From positions 17,719-49,718 of the forward strand of contig JAEZTC010000009.1 of assembly GCA_023421675.1 (NCBI GenBank): 32,000 nucleotides of DNA, written 5' to 3'. Position numbers and translations under genes: made by a program. How positions within the stretch are numbered: position 1 is the stretch's first letter; each line of letters opens with the position of its first letter. This stretch comes from Bacillota bacterium. GTDB taxonomy: Bacteria; Bacillota; Clostridia; Acetivibrionales; JANLFN01. The notes under the pieces were generated by a model, which saw only the letters and a program-made list of their open reading frames with translations, was not told the DNA's origin and did not search any database. Below, one piece after another: positions 18,280-28,681 of this stretch.

Positions 18280-18482
18280 CTATTTCACCTCCGATAAAAT
18301 TCTATGTACCAGGGTTTGAATTTATTGTATCAAGAGTTATATATATTACAGACAATTGTTTTGAAAAAATTCTCGCATTAGCAGCATTTATAGTCTTGCA
18401 GGAAACATGCTTACCAAGGATTTAGACAAAGACCAGTTACTAATATATGTTGTGGTTTATGACATAGCTATTATCTTGCAGT

Positions 18483-21047
18483 CTATTTATTTAATTGAGA
18501 TAGGAGAAATGCAAGCATAGTATTCCTATTAGTTACCCTAACATTTTCCACCATAACTGATATTGCTTTTGACTGGCCAATAATGCATGCCATCTTCTTT
18601 GCTCTGGTTAAAGCAGTATATCCAAGGTTCCTGTTGAGCATTACAAAATTCCTCATATGACACAAAATAATGGCTGCATCACATTGTGAACCCTGCATTT
18701 TATGAACTGTTAGGCTATATGCAAGATCAACATCCTCAAGATCAGGCTTTTCATAAAGGATTATAAAATCATCGTACTGTACTGCAACTCTCTGTGTAGA
18801 TGTACCTGTTTCATCAGTATCTGATTCTTCAATAATATCTATAATCTTACCTATATCTCCATTAAACACTCCAGTGCTTTCATCCGGCAGGTATTCCCCT
18901 GTTTCCTCATCCTTTTGGTAATGAACAGTTTCATAATTATTACTCAGGTGTATAACCTTATCCCCAGCCCTGAAAATGCTATTACCCCTTTTTACTTCCT
19001 TTTTGTGCCGCGAAGGAGGATTTACAAGCTGCTGGATAGCTTTGTTCATTTCATAAGTCCCAATTTCAGAAGTCTTCTGAGGGCATATGACCTGAATGTC
19101 ATCTATGGAATAATCGTAATTATCCATTAATCTGGTTATGGCCTCAAGAGTACGTTTAATGACCCTGAATTTATCACTTTCCTCAATAATGAAAAAGTCT
19201 TTATTCTCATTATCATTCTGAGGCATTTCGCCTCTTATTATTCTGCTTGCATTGGAGATAATACCCGAGCCATCCGCCTGACGTTTAATTACATTGAGTT
19301 CGACAACATTGACAGCTCCGCTTTTTATCATATCATTGAGTACATTACCGGCACCAACAGATGGAAGCTGCTGAACATCTCCAATCATAATAACCTTTGT
19401 TCCCGGAGATATAGCTGTAAACAAAGCATGTGCCAAATCTATACTTAGCATGGAGCACTCATCTATTACCAGCAGCTTATATGGAAGATTGTTACCAGAT
19501 TTGTAGTAAAAACCCCCACCTTCAAAGGAAAACTGCAAAAGTCTGTGGACTGTTTTGGCTTCAAAGCCCGTAACCTCCGTAAGCCTTTTTGCCGCCTTTC
19601 CCGTAGGTGCAGCAAGCATAAAGCTCAGTTCTTCCTCGTCCTTTTTAAATACCTTGCTGAGAACATAAATCATTCCTTCTACCGTTGTAGTCTTACCGCT
19701 CCCTGCAGAGCCTGTCAATATAAGCATATTGGTGTTAAATACCGATTCAATTGCTGTTCTTTGCATTTCTTCAAGTTTGAAGCCTTTAAGATCCTCAAAT
19801 TCTTCTATCAACTTATCCACCTGCAGTCCCGAATTGTCAGGCACCGTATGGAGTATATTCCCTATTGCGGCAGCTGTTTCGCGTTCCATATTATACATTT
19901 GCCAGCTGTATATCAGAGGCTCGTCCGCAATTTCAGGATTATTTATTTCTATTAAACCGCGCATTTTAAGCATATGATCTATTACACCAGATACTTCCTG
20001 CCCGGAAATACTATCTACAATAATTCTTGAATCTCTTCCAGAAGCAGTGTAATCAAGCTGCTGAAGTTTATCTGAAAATTCTTTTGCAGTCATACTGTAG
20101 CTAAGCCCATCAAGGTTAAAGCTTACCTGCTCTTCCTCAAAGCTGCATCTTTCCAGTATGAGTCTTGCTTCCTTGCCTTGCATATAAATATTTAAATTCT
20201 CTATCGTCTGTGAAACAAGCTGGGATTTTAAGAGATAACAATGGCCTTCCATTTCAGATACAGACATTGTATGCCTTATCCCGGCATCTATTCTTTCAGG
20301 ACTGTGTACATCAAGACCCATCTTCCGTGAAATCTCGTCACAGGTCCTAAATCCAAAACCTCTTATACTCATAAAAGCATAAGGGTTTTCTTGCGCAATC
20401 TGCACAGACATACCCTTGAAAGCGTTGTATATTTTCATAGCCTTATTGGGAGAAATTCCATACTTCTGGAAAAAGAGCATTATGTTTTGATATTCCATGT
20501 TCTCCATATAGGAATCATGTATCACCTGCGCCTTATCAGCTGTAATACCCTTTATCAGGGTAAGCTGCATATGCTGATTTTTAATAATTTCAAGGGTATC
20601 CTCTCCGAAGCCTTCAATAAATTGTCCTCTGGATTTATAACCCTTAACAATTTTAATAGCTGTCTTTTCACCGACACCCTTGATTATTCCGCTTCCAAGG
20701 AAAGCTATGATACCTTCAATGGTAGCAGGTTCTATAAAAAGAACTTTTGTAGCTGAAAGCTGCTTCTCCCCCTTATATATGGCAACAGTTCCTTCAATTC
20801 TACAAGGCAGCTTAATATTAACTTCATTTACCTCATAGTATCCGGTTACGCTAATGCTTCCGCTTGTTATATATTCTGAACCATCAGTGTCAATTATCTT
20901 TTCTATATCAAAAGTATATATCTTATAACCGTTTTCTGTATTCTCATATATTTTCCAGTCAAAGTTACCTATAACACTTACTTCAGAACCGACAGGATAG
21001 CTTTCAAAATCCCTTTGCGGTTCAAATATGTCGGTGTATGCCATCAA
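18483..21047 (-). CDS. recD2: RecD2-type ATP-dependent DNA helicase
   Basis: Walker A LTGSAGSGKTTTVEG, LLVIDECSML, GDVQQLPSVGAGNVL, and AYSLTVHKMQGSQCD; N-terminal OB-like and HhH regions as in RecD2. Confidence 0.92.
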   Translation of the reverse strand: MMAYTDIFEPQRDFESYPVGSEVSVIGNFDWKIYENTENGYKIYTFDIEKIIDTDGSEYITSGSISVTGYYEVNEVNIKLPCRIEGTVAIYKGEKQLSATKVLFIEPATIEGIIAFLGSGIIKGVGEKTAIKIVKGYKSRGQFIEGFGEDTLEIIKNQHMQLTLIKGITADKAQVIHDSYMENMEYQNIMLFFQKYGISPNKAMKIYNAFKGMSVQIAQENPYAFMSIRGFGFRTCDEISRKMGLDVHSPERIDAGIRHTMSVSEMEGHCYLLKSQLVSQTIENLNIYMQGKEARLILERCSFEEEQVSFNLDGLSYSMTAKEFSDKLQQLDYTASGRDSRIIVDSISGQEVSGVIDHMLKMRGLIEINNPEIADEPLIYSWQMYNMERETAAAIGNILHTVPDNSGLQVDKLIEEFEDLKGFKLEEMQRTAIESVFNTNMLILTGSAGSGKTTTVEGMIYVLSKVFKKDEEELSFMLAAPTGKAAKRLTEVTGFEAKTVHRLLQFSFEGGGFYYKSGNNLPYKLLVIDECSMLSIDLAHALFTAISPGTKVIMIGDVQQLPSVGAGNVLNDMIKSGAVNVVELNVIKRQADGSGIISNASRIIRGEMPQNDNENKDFFIIEESDKFRVIKRTLEAITRLMDNYDYSIDDIQVICPQKTSEIGTYEMNKAIQQLVNPPSRHKKEVKRGNSIFRAGDKVIHLSNNYETVHYQKDEETGEYLPDESTGVFNGDIGKIIDIIEESDTDETGTSTQRVAVQYDDFIILYEKPDLEDVDLAYSLTVHKMQGSQCDAAIILCHMRNFVMLNRNLGYTALTRAKKMACIIGQSKAISVMVENVRVTNRNTMLAFLLSQLNK

Positions 21048-21137
21048 GTTACTCCTAACCCTGAGTTTTTACTATTAATCTCTTAAAAAAGCGCATAATT
21101 AAAGTATACCTTAAATAGTTATATAAGAAAAGTTGGA

Positions 21138-21488
21138 TTAATCAAGCCCATCAAATATACTGTCCCTATTTTCCTCTGTTACTACTTCAAGAAATTCATA
21201 GTCATTTTTTAGTAGCTGTAGTATTTTACCGGTATCATCAGTTGACCCCATATCAACTACCGTAAGAGTCTTAACAGGTACAGTTTTACCCAGGAAATTA
21301 CTTGAAAGAAGGCTTCTAACAGTCCCTTCAATGCAGGCATCCTGGTTTTTTACCAAAACCACAACCCTCATTCCCTGATTTTCATCTTTGGCTGTTTTAG
21401 AAATGGAACCTGCGATACTGATAATTAAAGCAATAGCACCATATACCGCTAACAGATAGACAAAAACCTGGCACAATATCTCAGGCAT
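21138..21488 (-). CDS. Small membrane-anchored GT2-like (GT-A N-terminal half) hypothetical protein
   Basis: N-terminal TM helix, then VVVLVKNQDACIEGTVRSLLSS...LTVVDMGSTDDTGKILQLL; ends before any DxD/acceptor region. Confidence 0.55.
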   Translation of the reverse strand: MPEILCQVFVYLLAVYGAIALIISIAGSISKTAKDENQGMRVVVLVKNQDACIEGTVRSLLSSNFLGKTVPVKTLTVVDMGSTDDTGKILQLLKNDYEFLEVVTEENRDSIFDGLD

Positions 21489-21697
21489 TTAAACACCACC
21501 TTTTCTGAAATATGCACAACCTACCGTCAATTACCAGAGGTTAGCTCAGACTTAAAAATTGCGCTAATTCATTTTATGATTGAAGTTTTAAACTGTTACC
21601 TGATAATTTTGTACAAGTATGCAAAGCTTCGATTGTAAATTGAGCATATATTGTATTATAATATAAACATATATTTGTCTAATTTAGGGGTGGAGCA

Positions 21698-22753
21698 TTG
21701 AATAAGGTCGAAATTTCTGAACTCAAAGCCGGAATGAAGCTTGCCAAGGATGTATATCTTCCTGATGGCCGTATATTACTTTTGTCAGGTTTTGTTGTTA
21801 AGGAACGATACATAAGAAAACTTGAGCTATTCAAAGTACCATATGTTTATGTTATGGAAGGCGAACTTGCTAAAATAGAAAATATAAGTGAAGAAAAGGT
21901 GTACTCAGAAGCTTTTCACTCAATAAAATCAGTTATGACATCTGTACGTGAAGGAAAAGAGCTTGATATTAAAGCAGTAAGGGATACCGTTTCCTGTATT
22001 GTTCACAAGGTTATAAACAATGAAACAGTCTTTATGCAGCTTACCGGTATAAGAGATATAGATAATTATACTTTTCTTCATTCTGTGGATGTGTGTATTT
22101 ATTCAGTTATTACGGGAAGAAAGCTTGGTTATGGCGATAAAGAACTCACCGAACTTGGTATAGGTGCAGTACTCCATGATATAGGCAAATGTAAGATTCC
22201 TAATGAAATATTATTAAAACCGGGACGACTCACTAAAGAAGAATTTGAAGTAATGAAAAAACATTCAATATTTGGATATGATATAGTAATCAACACACCC
22301 GGGCTTAGTAAAAACATTGCCAATATAGCATATCAGCATCATGAGAAATGGAATGGTTCTGGTTATCCGGCAGGGTTAAGCGGTAATGATATAGATTCTT
22401 ATGCAAGAATAGTAACAGCCGCAGATATTTATGACGCCCTGACTGCAGACCGTGTTTACAGGAAAAGAGACATGCCTCACATGGCAGCTGAATATATAGT
22501 GGCAAATTCATCGGTATTAATTGATCCCGAAATTGCAAAGGTATTTATCAAAAATATAACTATTTACCCTGAAGGCACAATTGTTCTTATGAATACTGGA
22601 GAAATAGGCTGTGTAATAGAAGCCAATACAAATATGTCACTACGGCCAAAGGTAAGGGTTATTGCACGAAAGGAAGGCCCTCCAGTGTTAGACACCTATG
22701 TAAGGGATCTTATGCAAGAACTTGATGTATTTATTATAGACATATTAAGCTAA
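21698..22753 (+). CDS. HD-GYP domain protein (putative cyclic-di-GMP phosphodiesterase)
   Basis: TTG start with GGTGGAG ribosome-binding site; HSVDVCIYSV, VLHDIGKCKIPNEILLKPGRLTKEEF, and HHEKWNGSGYPAGLSG. Confidence 0.92.
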   Translation: MNKVEISELKAGMKLAKDVYLPDGRILLLSGFVVKERYIRKLELFKVPYVYVMEGELAKIENISEEKVYSEAFHSIKSVMTSVREGKELDIKAVRDTVSCIVHKVINNETVFMQLTGIRDIDNYTFLHSVDVCIYSVITGRKLGYGDKELTELGIGAVLHDIGKCKIPNEILLKPGRLTKEEFEVMKKHSIFGYDIVINTPGLSKNIANIAYQHHEKWNGSGYPAGLSGNDIDSYARIVTAADIYDALTADRVYRKRDMPHMAAEYIVANSSVLIDPEIAKVFIKNITIYPEGTIVLMNTGEIGCVIEANTNMSLRPKVRVIARKEGPPVLDTYVRDLMQELDVFIIDILS

Positions 22754-22910
22754 TAGTTGCTCTGCATTACCCCTCAGTCCTGCGGACAGCTCCCCTGTTA
22801 TGGGAGCCTAAACCCTTTTTCGGTTTTTGTGCCCCCCTAACAGGGGGGTATGGGGGGTTACCCGAAGGGCTATATTCAGGAACTTTTTTTATTTAGTTTT
22901 TAAAAAAGAA

Positions 22911-22945
22911 GCTGTACACTAATTATTACTTAGTGCAACAGCTCC
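22911..22945 (-). terminator. Terminator downstream of metK
   Basis: Stem AGCTGT-CACTAA paired with TTAGTG-ACAGCT around a small loop (minor bulge); minus strand followed by a TTCTTTTTT tract. Confidence 0.65.
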
Positions 22946-22964
22946 TTGTTTTTATTTATCAGTT

Positions 22965-24158
22965 TTAGATTATTTCAGCATCTTTTTTTAAAGCTTCAGC
23001 CTTGTCTGTTCTTTCCCAGCTAAGGTCAATATCAGGTCTTCCGAAATGGCCATATGCAGCTGTCTGCTTATATATAGGCCTTCTGAGATCCAATGTTTTA
23101 ATTATTCCGGCAGGTCTTAAATCAAAGTGCTTGTTTATAAGCTTAATGATTTTTTCCTCAGGTATTGTACCCGTACCAAAGGTGTCAACCATGACTGAAA
23201 CAGGCTTAGCTACACCTATTGCATATGCAACCTGAACCTCACATTTTCTTGCAAGTCCTGCTGCAACTATATTTTTAGCAACATAACGGGCGGCATACGA
23301 TGCAGAACGGTCTACCTTTGTGGGGTCCTTTCCAGAAAATGCTCCGCCGCCATGTCTTGCATATCCGCCGTAGGTATCAACAATAATTTTTCTTCCAGTA
23401 AGGCCTGAATCACCTTGAGGTCCGCCTATTACAAACCTTCCTGTAGGATTAACAAATATTTTAGTATCCTTATCAATAAGGTTTGATGGGATAGTTGCTA
23501 ATATAACCTTTTCAGTTATATCCTTTTCAATAGTGTCATGATCAACCTCAGCACCATGCTGGCTGGATATTACAACAGTATCTACTCTTACAGGCCTGTC
23601 ATCCTCATATTCAATAGTAACCTGTGATTTGCCGTCAGGGCGAAGATATGGTATTGTCCCATTTTTTCTAACTTCGGTAAGCTTTCTTGTCAATGCATGT
23701 GCAAGTGAAATTGGCATAGGCATAAGCTCAGCTGTCTCATCACATGCAAATCCGAACATCATTCCCTGGTCACCTGCACCTATTGCATCTATTTCTGCAT
23801 CTGTCATTTCACCTTTTTTTGCTTCCAGTGCCTTATCTACACCCATGGCAATATCACCAGACTGTTCGTCTATGGATGTAAGTACTGAACATGTATCGCA
23901 GTCAAATCCATATTTAGCCCTGTCATAGCCAATATCTCTGATTGTATTTCTAACTATTCTGGGAATATCAACATAGCATTTGGTTGAAATCTCTCCCATT
24001 ACAAAAACAACACCTGTTGTAACAGCAGTCTCGCATGCAACTCTGGCCATCGGATCATTTTCATAAATCGCATCAAGTATTGAATCGGAAATCTGATCGC
24101 AAATTTTATCCGGATGCCCTTCTGTAACTGATTCTGAAGTGAATAACTTTCTGGACAT
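22965..24158 (-). CDS. metK: S-adenosylmethionine synthetase
   Basis: [43 protein letters not shown], and [16 protein letters not shown]. Start assigned to ATG 24156-24158 rather than the track start at 24209, based on family N-terminus. Confidence 0.97.
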   Translation of the reverse strand: MSRKLFTSESVTEGHPDKICDQISDSILDAIYENDPMARVACETAVTTGVVFVMGEISTKCYVDIPRIVRNTIRDIGYDRAKYGFDCDTCSVLTSIDEQSGDIAMGVDKALEAKKGEMTDAEIDAIGAGDQGMMFGFACDETAELMPMPISLAHALTRKLTEVRKNGTIPYLRPDGKSQVTIEYEDDRPVRVDTVVISSQHGAEVDHDTIEKDITEKVILATIPSNLIDKDTKIFVNPTGRFVIGGPQGDSGLTGRKIIVDTYGGYARHGGGAFSGKDPTKVDRSASYAARYVAKNIVAAGLARKCEVQVAYAIGVAKPVSVMVDTFGTGTIPEEKIIKLINKHFDLRPAGIIKTLDLRRPIYKQTAAYGHFGRPDIDLSWERTDKAEALKKDAEII

Positions 24159-24224
24159 GTCAATCTCTCCTCTTATATTACTAGATTCAAAATAAAAAGA
24201 TTTTTTCATACCTTTTTATGGTAC

Positions 24225-24365
24225 AAAAAAAGCCTCTGAGAAGAGGTTTTTATCTAAAAACTTCCCTCATCTCTCAGGATACAAATCCTGCAGGAATTGG
24301 CACCGTGCATAATGCCGGTTGCCGGGGTTTCATCGGGCTCAGTCCCTCCACCTCTCTTGATAAGG
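24225..24365 (-). promoter_or_regulatory. SAM-I (S-box) riboswitch with intrinsic terminator, controlling metK
   Basis: Minus strand CTTATCAAGAGAGGTGGAGGGACTGAGCCCGATGAAACCCCGGCAACC...GGTGCCAATTCCTGCAGG...GAGAGATGAG, then terminator ACCTCTTCTCAGAGGCTTTTTTT. Confidence 0.96.
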
Positions 24366-24463
24366 CTTCCTATTTATTTTGTTACTCTTAATTTAACATA
24401 TACATATTTTCCCGTCAAGTATACCAGACAAAACCGGGAAATTTATAGAAAAGCAATAAAAAA

Positions 24464-24485
24464 GGTTATAAGCTCGCTTATAACC
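24464..24485. terminator. Intrinsic terminator downstream of ftsH
   Basis: GGTTATAAG-CTCG-CTTATAACC perfect stem flanked by A6 and T7, so it works on either strand. Confidence 0.85.
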
Positions 24486-24593
24486 TTTTTTATAATCTAT
24501 AATGCTTAGGAAATTATAGTTCTACCTTGATTTATTAATTTCCGTTAAGAGCATTTCAACAAAGTCTTCATTATTAGCTTTTTCAGGACTTTG

Positions 24594-26408
24594 TTATTTC
24601 GCAAATATTTCTTCGAATTCCGAACCTTCCAGCTTTTCTTTTTCAAGCAGTGCATTTGCCAGGTTGTGAAGCTTATCCATGTTTTCCTTCAATATGCTTA
24701 CAGTTCTTTCATATGCACTGGATATGATTGTTTTTACTTCCTTGTCAATTTCAGCAGCAACTTCTTCACTGTAATTTCTTGTATGTCCGAAGTCACGGCC
24801 AATGAACACTTCATCACTATCTCCGCCGAAAATGAGATTCTCAAGCGTTTCACTCATACCATACTTTGTAACCATATTCCTTGCAACATTGTTGGCATGT
24901 TTCAAGTCACTGTATGCACCGGTGCTTATTTCACCAAGAACCAATTCTTCTGCAGCTCTTCCTCCAAGTGCAATTACTATGGTTTCTACCAGCTGAGACT
25001 TGGTCTGATAGCTCTTATCCTCTTCAGGCCTGAAGGATGTATATCCCCCTGCCATACCAGATGGAATTATTGAAATTCTGTCTACCTTGTCGGTGGAGGA
25101 TGCAATCTTTACTGCAATTGCATGCCCTGCCTCGTGGTATGCAGTAAGCTTCTTCTCTTTCTCGTTCATTACCCTGCTCTTCTTTTCAGGTCCCATAACA
25201 ACCTTAAATGTAGCTTCTTTTACTTCTTCCATGCTAATTCGCTTCTTGTCTTTTCTTGCAGCAAGGAGAGCAGCTTCATTAAGGAGATTTTCAAGATCGG
25301 CACCTGTAAATCCAGATGTACTCTTTGCAAGCTCATCAAGCTTTACATCTGAACCAAGAGGCTTGCCTCTTGCATGAACTTTAAGAATTTCTTCTCTTCC
25401 CTTTATATCAGGTAAGCCGACTACTACACGCCTGTCAAATCTTCCCGGCCTCAACAGCGCCGGGTCAAGTATGTCAGGTCTATTAGTAGCAGCAAGTATT
25501 ATGACTCCTTCATTTACACCAAAACCATCCATTTCAACAAGCAGCTGATTAAGTGTCTGTTCACGCTCATCATGCCCGCCGCCAAGTCCGGCACCTCTGT
25601 GCCTTCCGACAGCATCAATTTCATCTATGAAAACTATACATGGTGAATTTTTCTTAGCCTGGTCAAATAAGTCTCTTACCCTTGATGCACCAACACCGAC
25701 AAACATTTCTACGAAGTCGGAACCGCTTATACTGAAGAACGGAACTCCCGCTTCACCTGAAACGGCCTTGGCAAGAAGAGTTTTACCAGTACCGGGAGGT
25801 CCTACAAGTAACACTCCCTTAGGTATTCTTGCACCCAACTCAACGAATTTTTTAGGTGATTTCAGGAAATCAACAATTTCCTTGAGCTCTTCCTTCTCTT
25901 CATCCGCGCCTGCGACATCATCGAAGGTTATTTTCCGTTTGTCATCAATAGTCATCTTCGCTCTGCTTTTTCCGAAGGACATTACCCTGTTTCCTCCGCC
26001 GCCCTGCGACTGCTGGAGGAAGAATACCCAGAACAATATGAATATTACTATAAGTCCCACTGTTGGCAGGATAGCTACCCACCATGGAGCTGTCGGAGGC
26101 GGTTGATTCCTGAAAGTTATTATGTTCTTATTATTTATGGCAGGTGTTATAACTTCCCCCATAAAATTACCAACGTCAGGAACATATACTATATATTTTG
26201 GTTTCTCAGAAGTTCCTGAAACCATTTGTACAGTAGCCTTGTTACCCTCAAGAACTATCGTATCAACCTTGTTTGGAGTCTGAACATCCTTCACGAGGTC
26301 TGAATAATTCATTTCCGCAGGATTGTCAGAACCCTGTAAGATTGTAAGAACAGCCAATATTATGACAAAAAGCACGATATAAAAACTTATACCTTTTAAA
26401 TATTTCAA
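24594..26408 (-). CDS. ftsH: ATP-dependent zinc metalloprotease FtsH
   Basis: Two N-terminal TM helices, [26 protein letters not shown], and [10 protein letters not shown] zinc motif. Confidence 0.97.
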   Translation of the reverse strand: MKYLKGISFYIVLFVIILAVLTILQGSDNPAEMNYSDLVKDVQTPNKVDTIVLEGNKATVQMVSGTSEKPKYIVYVPDVGNFMGEVITPAINNKNIITFRNQPPPTAPWWVAILPTVGLIVIFILFWVFFLQQSQGGGGNRVMSFGKSRAKMTIDDKRKITFDDVAGADEEKEELKEIVDFLKSPKKFVELGARIPKGVLLVGPPGTGKTLLAKAVSGEAGVPFFSISGSDFVEMFVGVGASRVRDLFDQAKKNSPCIVFIDEIDAVGRHRGAGLGGGHDEREQTLNQLLVEMDGFGVNEGVIILAATNRPDILDPALLRPGRFDRRVVVGLPDIKGREEILKVHARGKPLGSDVKLDELAKSTSGFTGADLENLLNEAALLAARKDKKRISMEEVKEATFKVVMGPEKKSRVMNEKEKKLTAYHEAGHAIAVKIASSTDKVDRISIIPSGMAGGYTSFRPEEDKSYQTKSQLVETIVIALGGRAAEELVLGEISTGAYSDLKHANNVARNMVTKYGMSETLENLIFGGDSDEVFIGRDFGHTRNYSEEVAAEIDKEVKTIISSAYERTVSILKENMDKLHNLANALLEKEKLEGSEFEEIFAK

Positions 26409-26630
26409 TCAGTTCCCTCCTTATACGGTATTGCAACGTACAGGTTTAATATTTATAAGTAATAAATTAGGTATTTTACCAATTGTACAATATATTATAT
26501 TAGCATAACAGAACTGAAAACACAATAAAATCTAATTGCTGCAACACTTCAGACCATACTGTATTATTATTCTGTTCAATGCCGGTTTAAAACCTTATGT
26601 CCGCTGCACAACCTAAAAAAATAAGCAGGC

Positions 26631-27170
26631 CTAATCCATGTAGACCTTAGGGCTTAAAGTACATACATCAGGCAAATTACGATATTTCCCTGCATAGTCA
26701 AGACCATAGCCTATGACAAATTTATCAGGTATTTCAATTCCTTCATAATCAATATCTATCTGCACCTTGCGTCTTGACGGCTTGTCAAGAGCTGTAGCAA
26801 TTTTAACACTTAAAGGTCCTCTTGTATTAAAAAGTTCCTTTAGGTGTTTTAGTGTAAGACCTGTATCCACCAGGTCCTCTACTATTAAAACATGCTTGTT
26901 GGTTATATTAATATCAATATCTTTAATAAGTCTTACAACGCCTGAAGTCTTTGTAGAATTTCCATAGCTGGAAACAGATATGAAATCCATATCAACAGGA
27001 ATTGTTATTTCCCTCATAAGATCGGAAAGGAAAACAAATCCACCTTTCAAAACTCCTACAAGTACAAGTTCCTTGCCTTTATAGTCCTCTGAAATGCGCC
27101 TTCCCAGATTTTTAACCATATTGCTTATTTCTTCACGTGAAACCAGTATTTCTTCGATATCCCCTTGCAT
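26631..27170 (-). CDS. hpt: Hypoxanthine phosphoribosyltransferase
   Basis: VLVGVLKGGFVFLSDL, VLIVEDLVDTGLTLKHL, and FVIGYGLDYAGKYRNLP. Start assigned to internal ATG at 27168-27170. Confidence 0.95.
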   Translation of the reverse strand: MQGDIEEILVSREEISNMVKNLGRRISEDYKGKELVLVGVLKGGFVFLSDLMREITIPVDMDFISVSSYGNSTKTSGVVRLIKDIDINITNKHVLIVEDLVDTGLTLKHLKELFNTRGPLSVKIATALDKPSRRKVQIDIDYEGIEIPDKFVIGYGLDYAGKYRNLPDVCTLSPKVYMD

Positions 27171-27239
27171 CAAAAATACCTCCAGATAAATTATATTTAA
27201 CAAGCGTAAATCTATATATTTTTTTATTATAGCCTAGTA

Positions 27240-28640
27240 TTAATTTTTATTAAAACTAATTTTTAATACACATTTAGTATTTTCAGTTACTTTAAATTTA
27301 TCACTAGTTCTATGTCCAACTATCCATATAATCTCATTATTTTTTGCTATTAAAGGAATATTATCTCTTAATTCTCTGGGGATTTTTTTATCTATAAAAT
27401 ATTCCTTAAGTTTTTTAGACCCATTTGAGCCAAACGGTTTAAAAACATCTCCATTTCTTCTGTTTCTAATATATATGCCCGAAATAATCGTGTCGAAATC
27501 AAAATAATGTACATTTGAGTTTTGCGAAACACCGGTATAATCTTCAAAACTTTTAACTTCTTTTATAATATCGGTCTCTATTATATAACCATTATTCAAA
27601 AATTCTGTTCGTCCGGGTATAACCAGAGGCTTTTCAAAATCCGTCACAGCTTCCTCTGTTTCAGGCTTATACAGATTGAGAGATCCATATGAAAGTCTAA
27701 CACATATACCACCTGGAATAGTAATTTGTTTTCCGGTTACCCCTGTTTGAATAATACTTTGAATACCTTCCAAATGTACTGTTTCAATCCCTTTAAGGTC
27801 ACCCCGCAGCTCATTGATTGCAATTCTTAATACTCTTTTTGCAATTGAAGGGTGGCTTGTACGGATTTTATCGGCATCCAATGCTAAAAAATTACTCTCT
27901 CTTTTTTGAATACAATTATTATATACTTTAAAAGCGTTGTCTTCAATAAAATCGGAGTCTTCTCCAACTATCAATGCCATCCTGCAGAGGCTTTCTATGA
28001 TATCTCTGTCAAAAAGCTTGCTAATTGAAGGAATAAGCTCCAGTCTGACCTTGTTTCTTGTATAAATACTTTTAAGGTTGGAGCTGTCTGTTCTTGGTTT
28101 TAGTAAATGTGATGAACAATAATCCTCTATTTCTTCACGCCTGATATCCAAAAGCGGCCTAATTATGCTGCCTCTTTTGAGTTTCATCCCTTTTAAGCCA
28201 CTAAGGCCTGTTCCGCGGACAATATGCATTAAAATTGTTTCAGCCTGATCGTTTTTATTATGGGCAACTGCAATAACTCCGTTCCCAAGCCCTTTAAGAA
28301 TATTCCAGAGCTCCTCATATCTTGCTTCACGACCGGCCTCTTCCAATGATATTCCTTTATTCTTTGCAAGAGCCCTGATGTCTATATTTTTAACAGTTAG
28401 AGGTATATTAAACTTTTCGCACAATCCGGTTACATATTCCTGGTCTTCATCGGCTTCTCTGCCCCGAAGCATATGATTAATGTGAACTGCATGAAGTTTT
28501 ATATCCAATTTTGGGGATAGGCTGCTTAGAATACTTAGAAGGCATACCGAATCAGGACCGCCGGAAATTCCGACGACAACGTTTTCACCTTCAAGCAATG
28601 CATGTTTCTGAATAGTTTCAAGAACCTTATCTTCAAGCAT
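27240..28640 (-). CDS. tilS: tRNA(Ile)-lysidine synthase
   Basis: PP-loop VVGISGGPDSVCLL, VAHNKNDQAETILMHIVRGTGLSGL, and RPLLDIRREEIEDYC. Confidence 0.96.
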   Translation of the reverse strand: MLEDKVLETIQKHALLEGENVVVGISGGPDSVCLLSILSSLSPKLDIKLHAVHINHMLRGREADEDQEYVTGLCEKFNIPLTVKNIDIRALAKNKGISLEEAGREARYEELWNILKGLGNGVIAVAHNKNDQAETILMHIVRGTGLSGLKGMKLKRGSIIRPLLDIRREEIEDYCSSHLLKPRTDSSNLKSIYTRNKVRLELIPSISKLFDRDIIESLCRMALIVGEDSDFIEDNAFKVYNNCIQKRESNFLALDADKIRTSHPSIAKRVLRIAINELRGDLKGIETVHLEGIQSIIQTGVTGKQITIPGGICVRLSYGSLNLYKPETEEAVTDFEKPLVIPGRTEFLNNGYIIETDIIKEVKSFEDYTGVSQNSNVHYFDFDTIISGIYIRNRRNGDVFKPFGSNGSKKLKEYFIDKKIPRELRDNIPLIAKNNEIIWIVGHRTSDKFKVTENTKCVLKISFNKN

Positions 28641-28681
28641 ATATCCAACCTAACCACATTATTCTATCAAACTACTTAATC

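Noticed and set aside
17651-18319. Plus-strand ORFs antisense to hgcA
   Set aside because: They mirror the hgcA coding frame and have no family motifs of their own.
18280-18482. Cobalamin riboswitch upstream of hgcA
   Set aside because: No recognisable B12-box core, and the leader is short for this class; kept only as a negative observation to test with Infernal.
19545-20756. Plus-strand ORFs of 61-136 aa within recD2
   Set aside because: Antisense shadows of a well-supported 854-aa helicase ORF.
24297-24509. 70-aa plus-strand ORF in the track
   Set aside because: It overlaps the SAM-I riboswitch and the ftsH terminator on the opposite strand; composition is not protein-like and there is no supporting context.
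25627-26106. 159-aa plus-strand ORF, plus other plus-strand ORFs at 24591-25377
   Set aside because: All are antisense to ftsH, whose AAA+ and HEAGH motifs are unambiguous.
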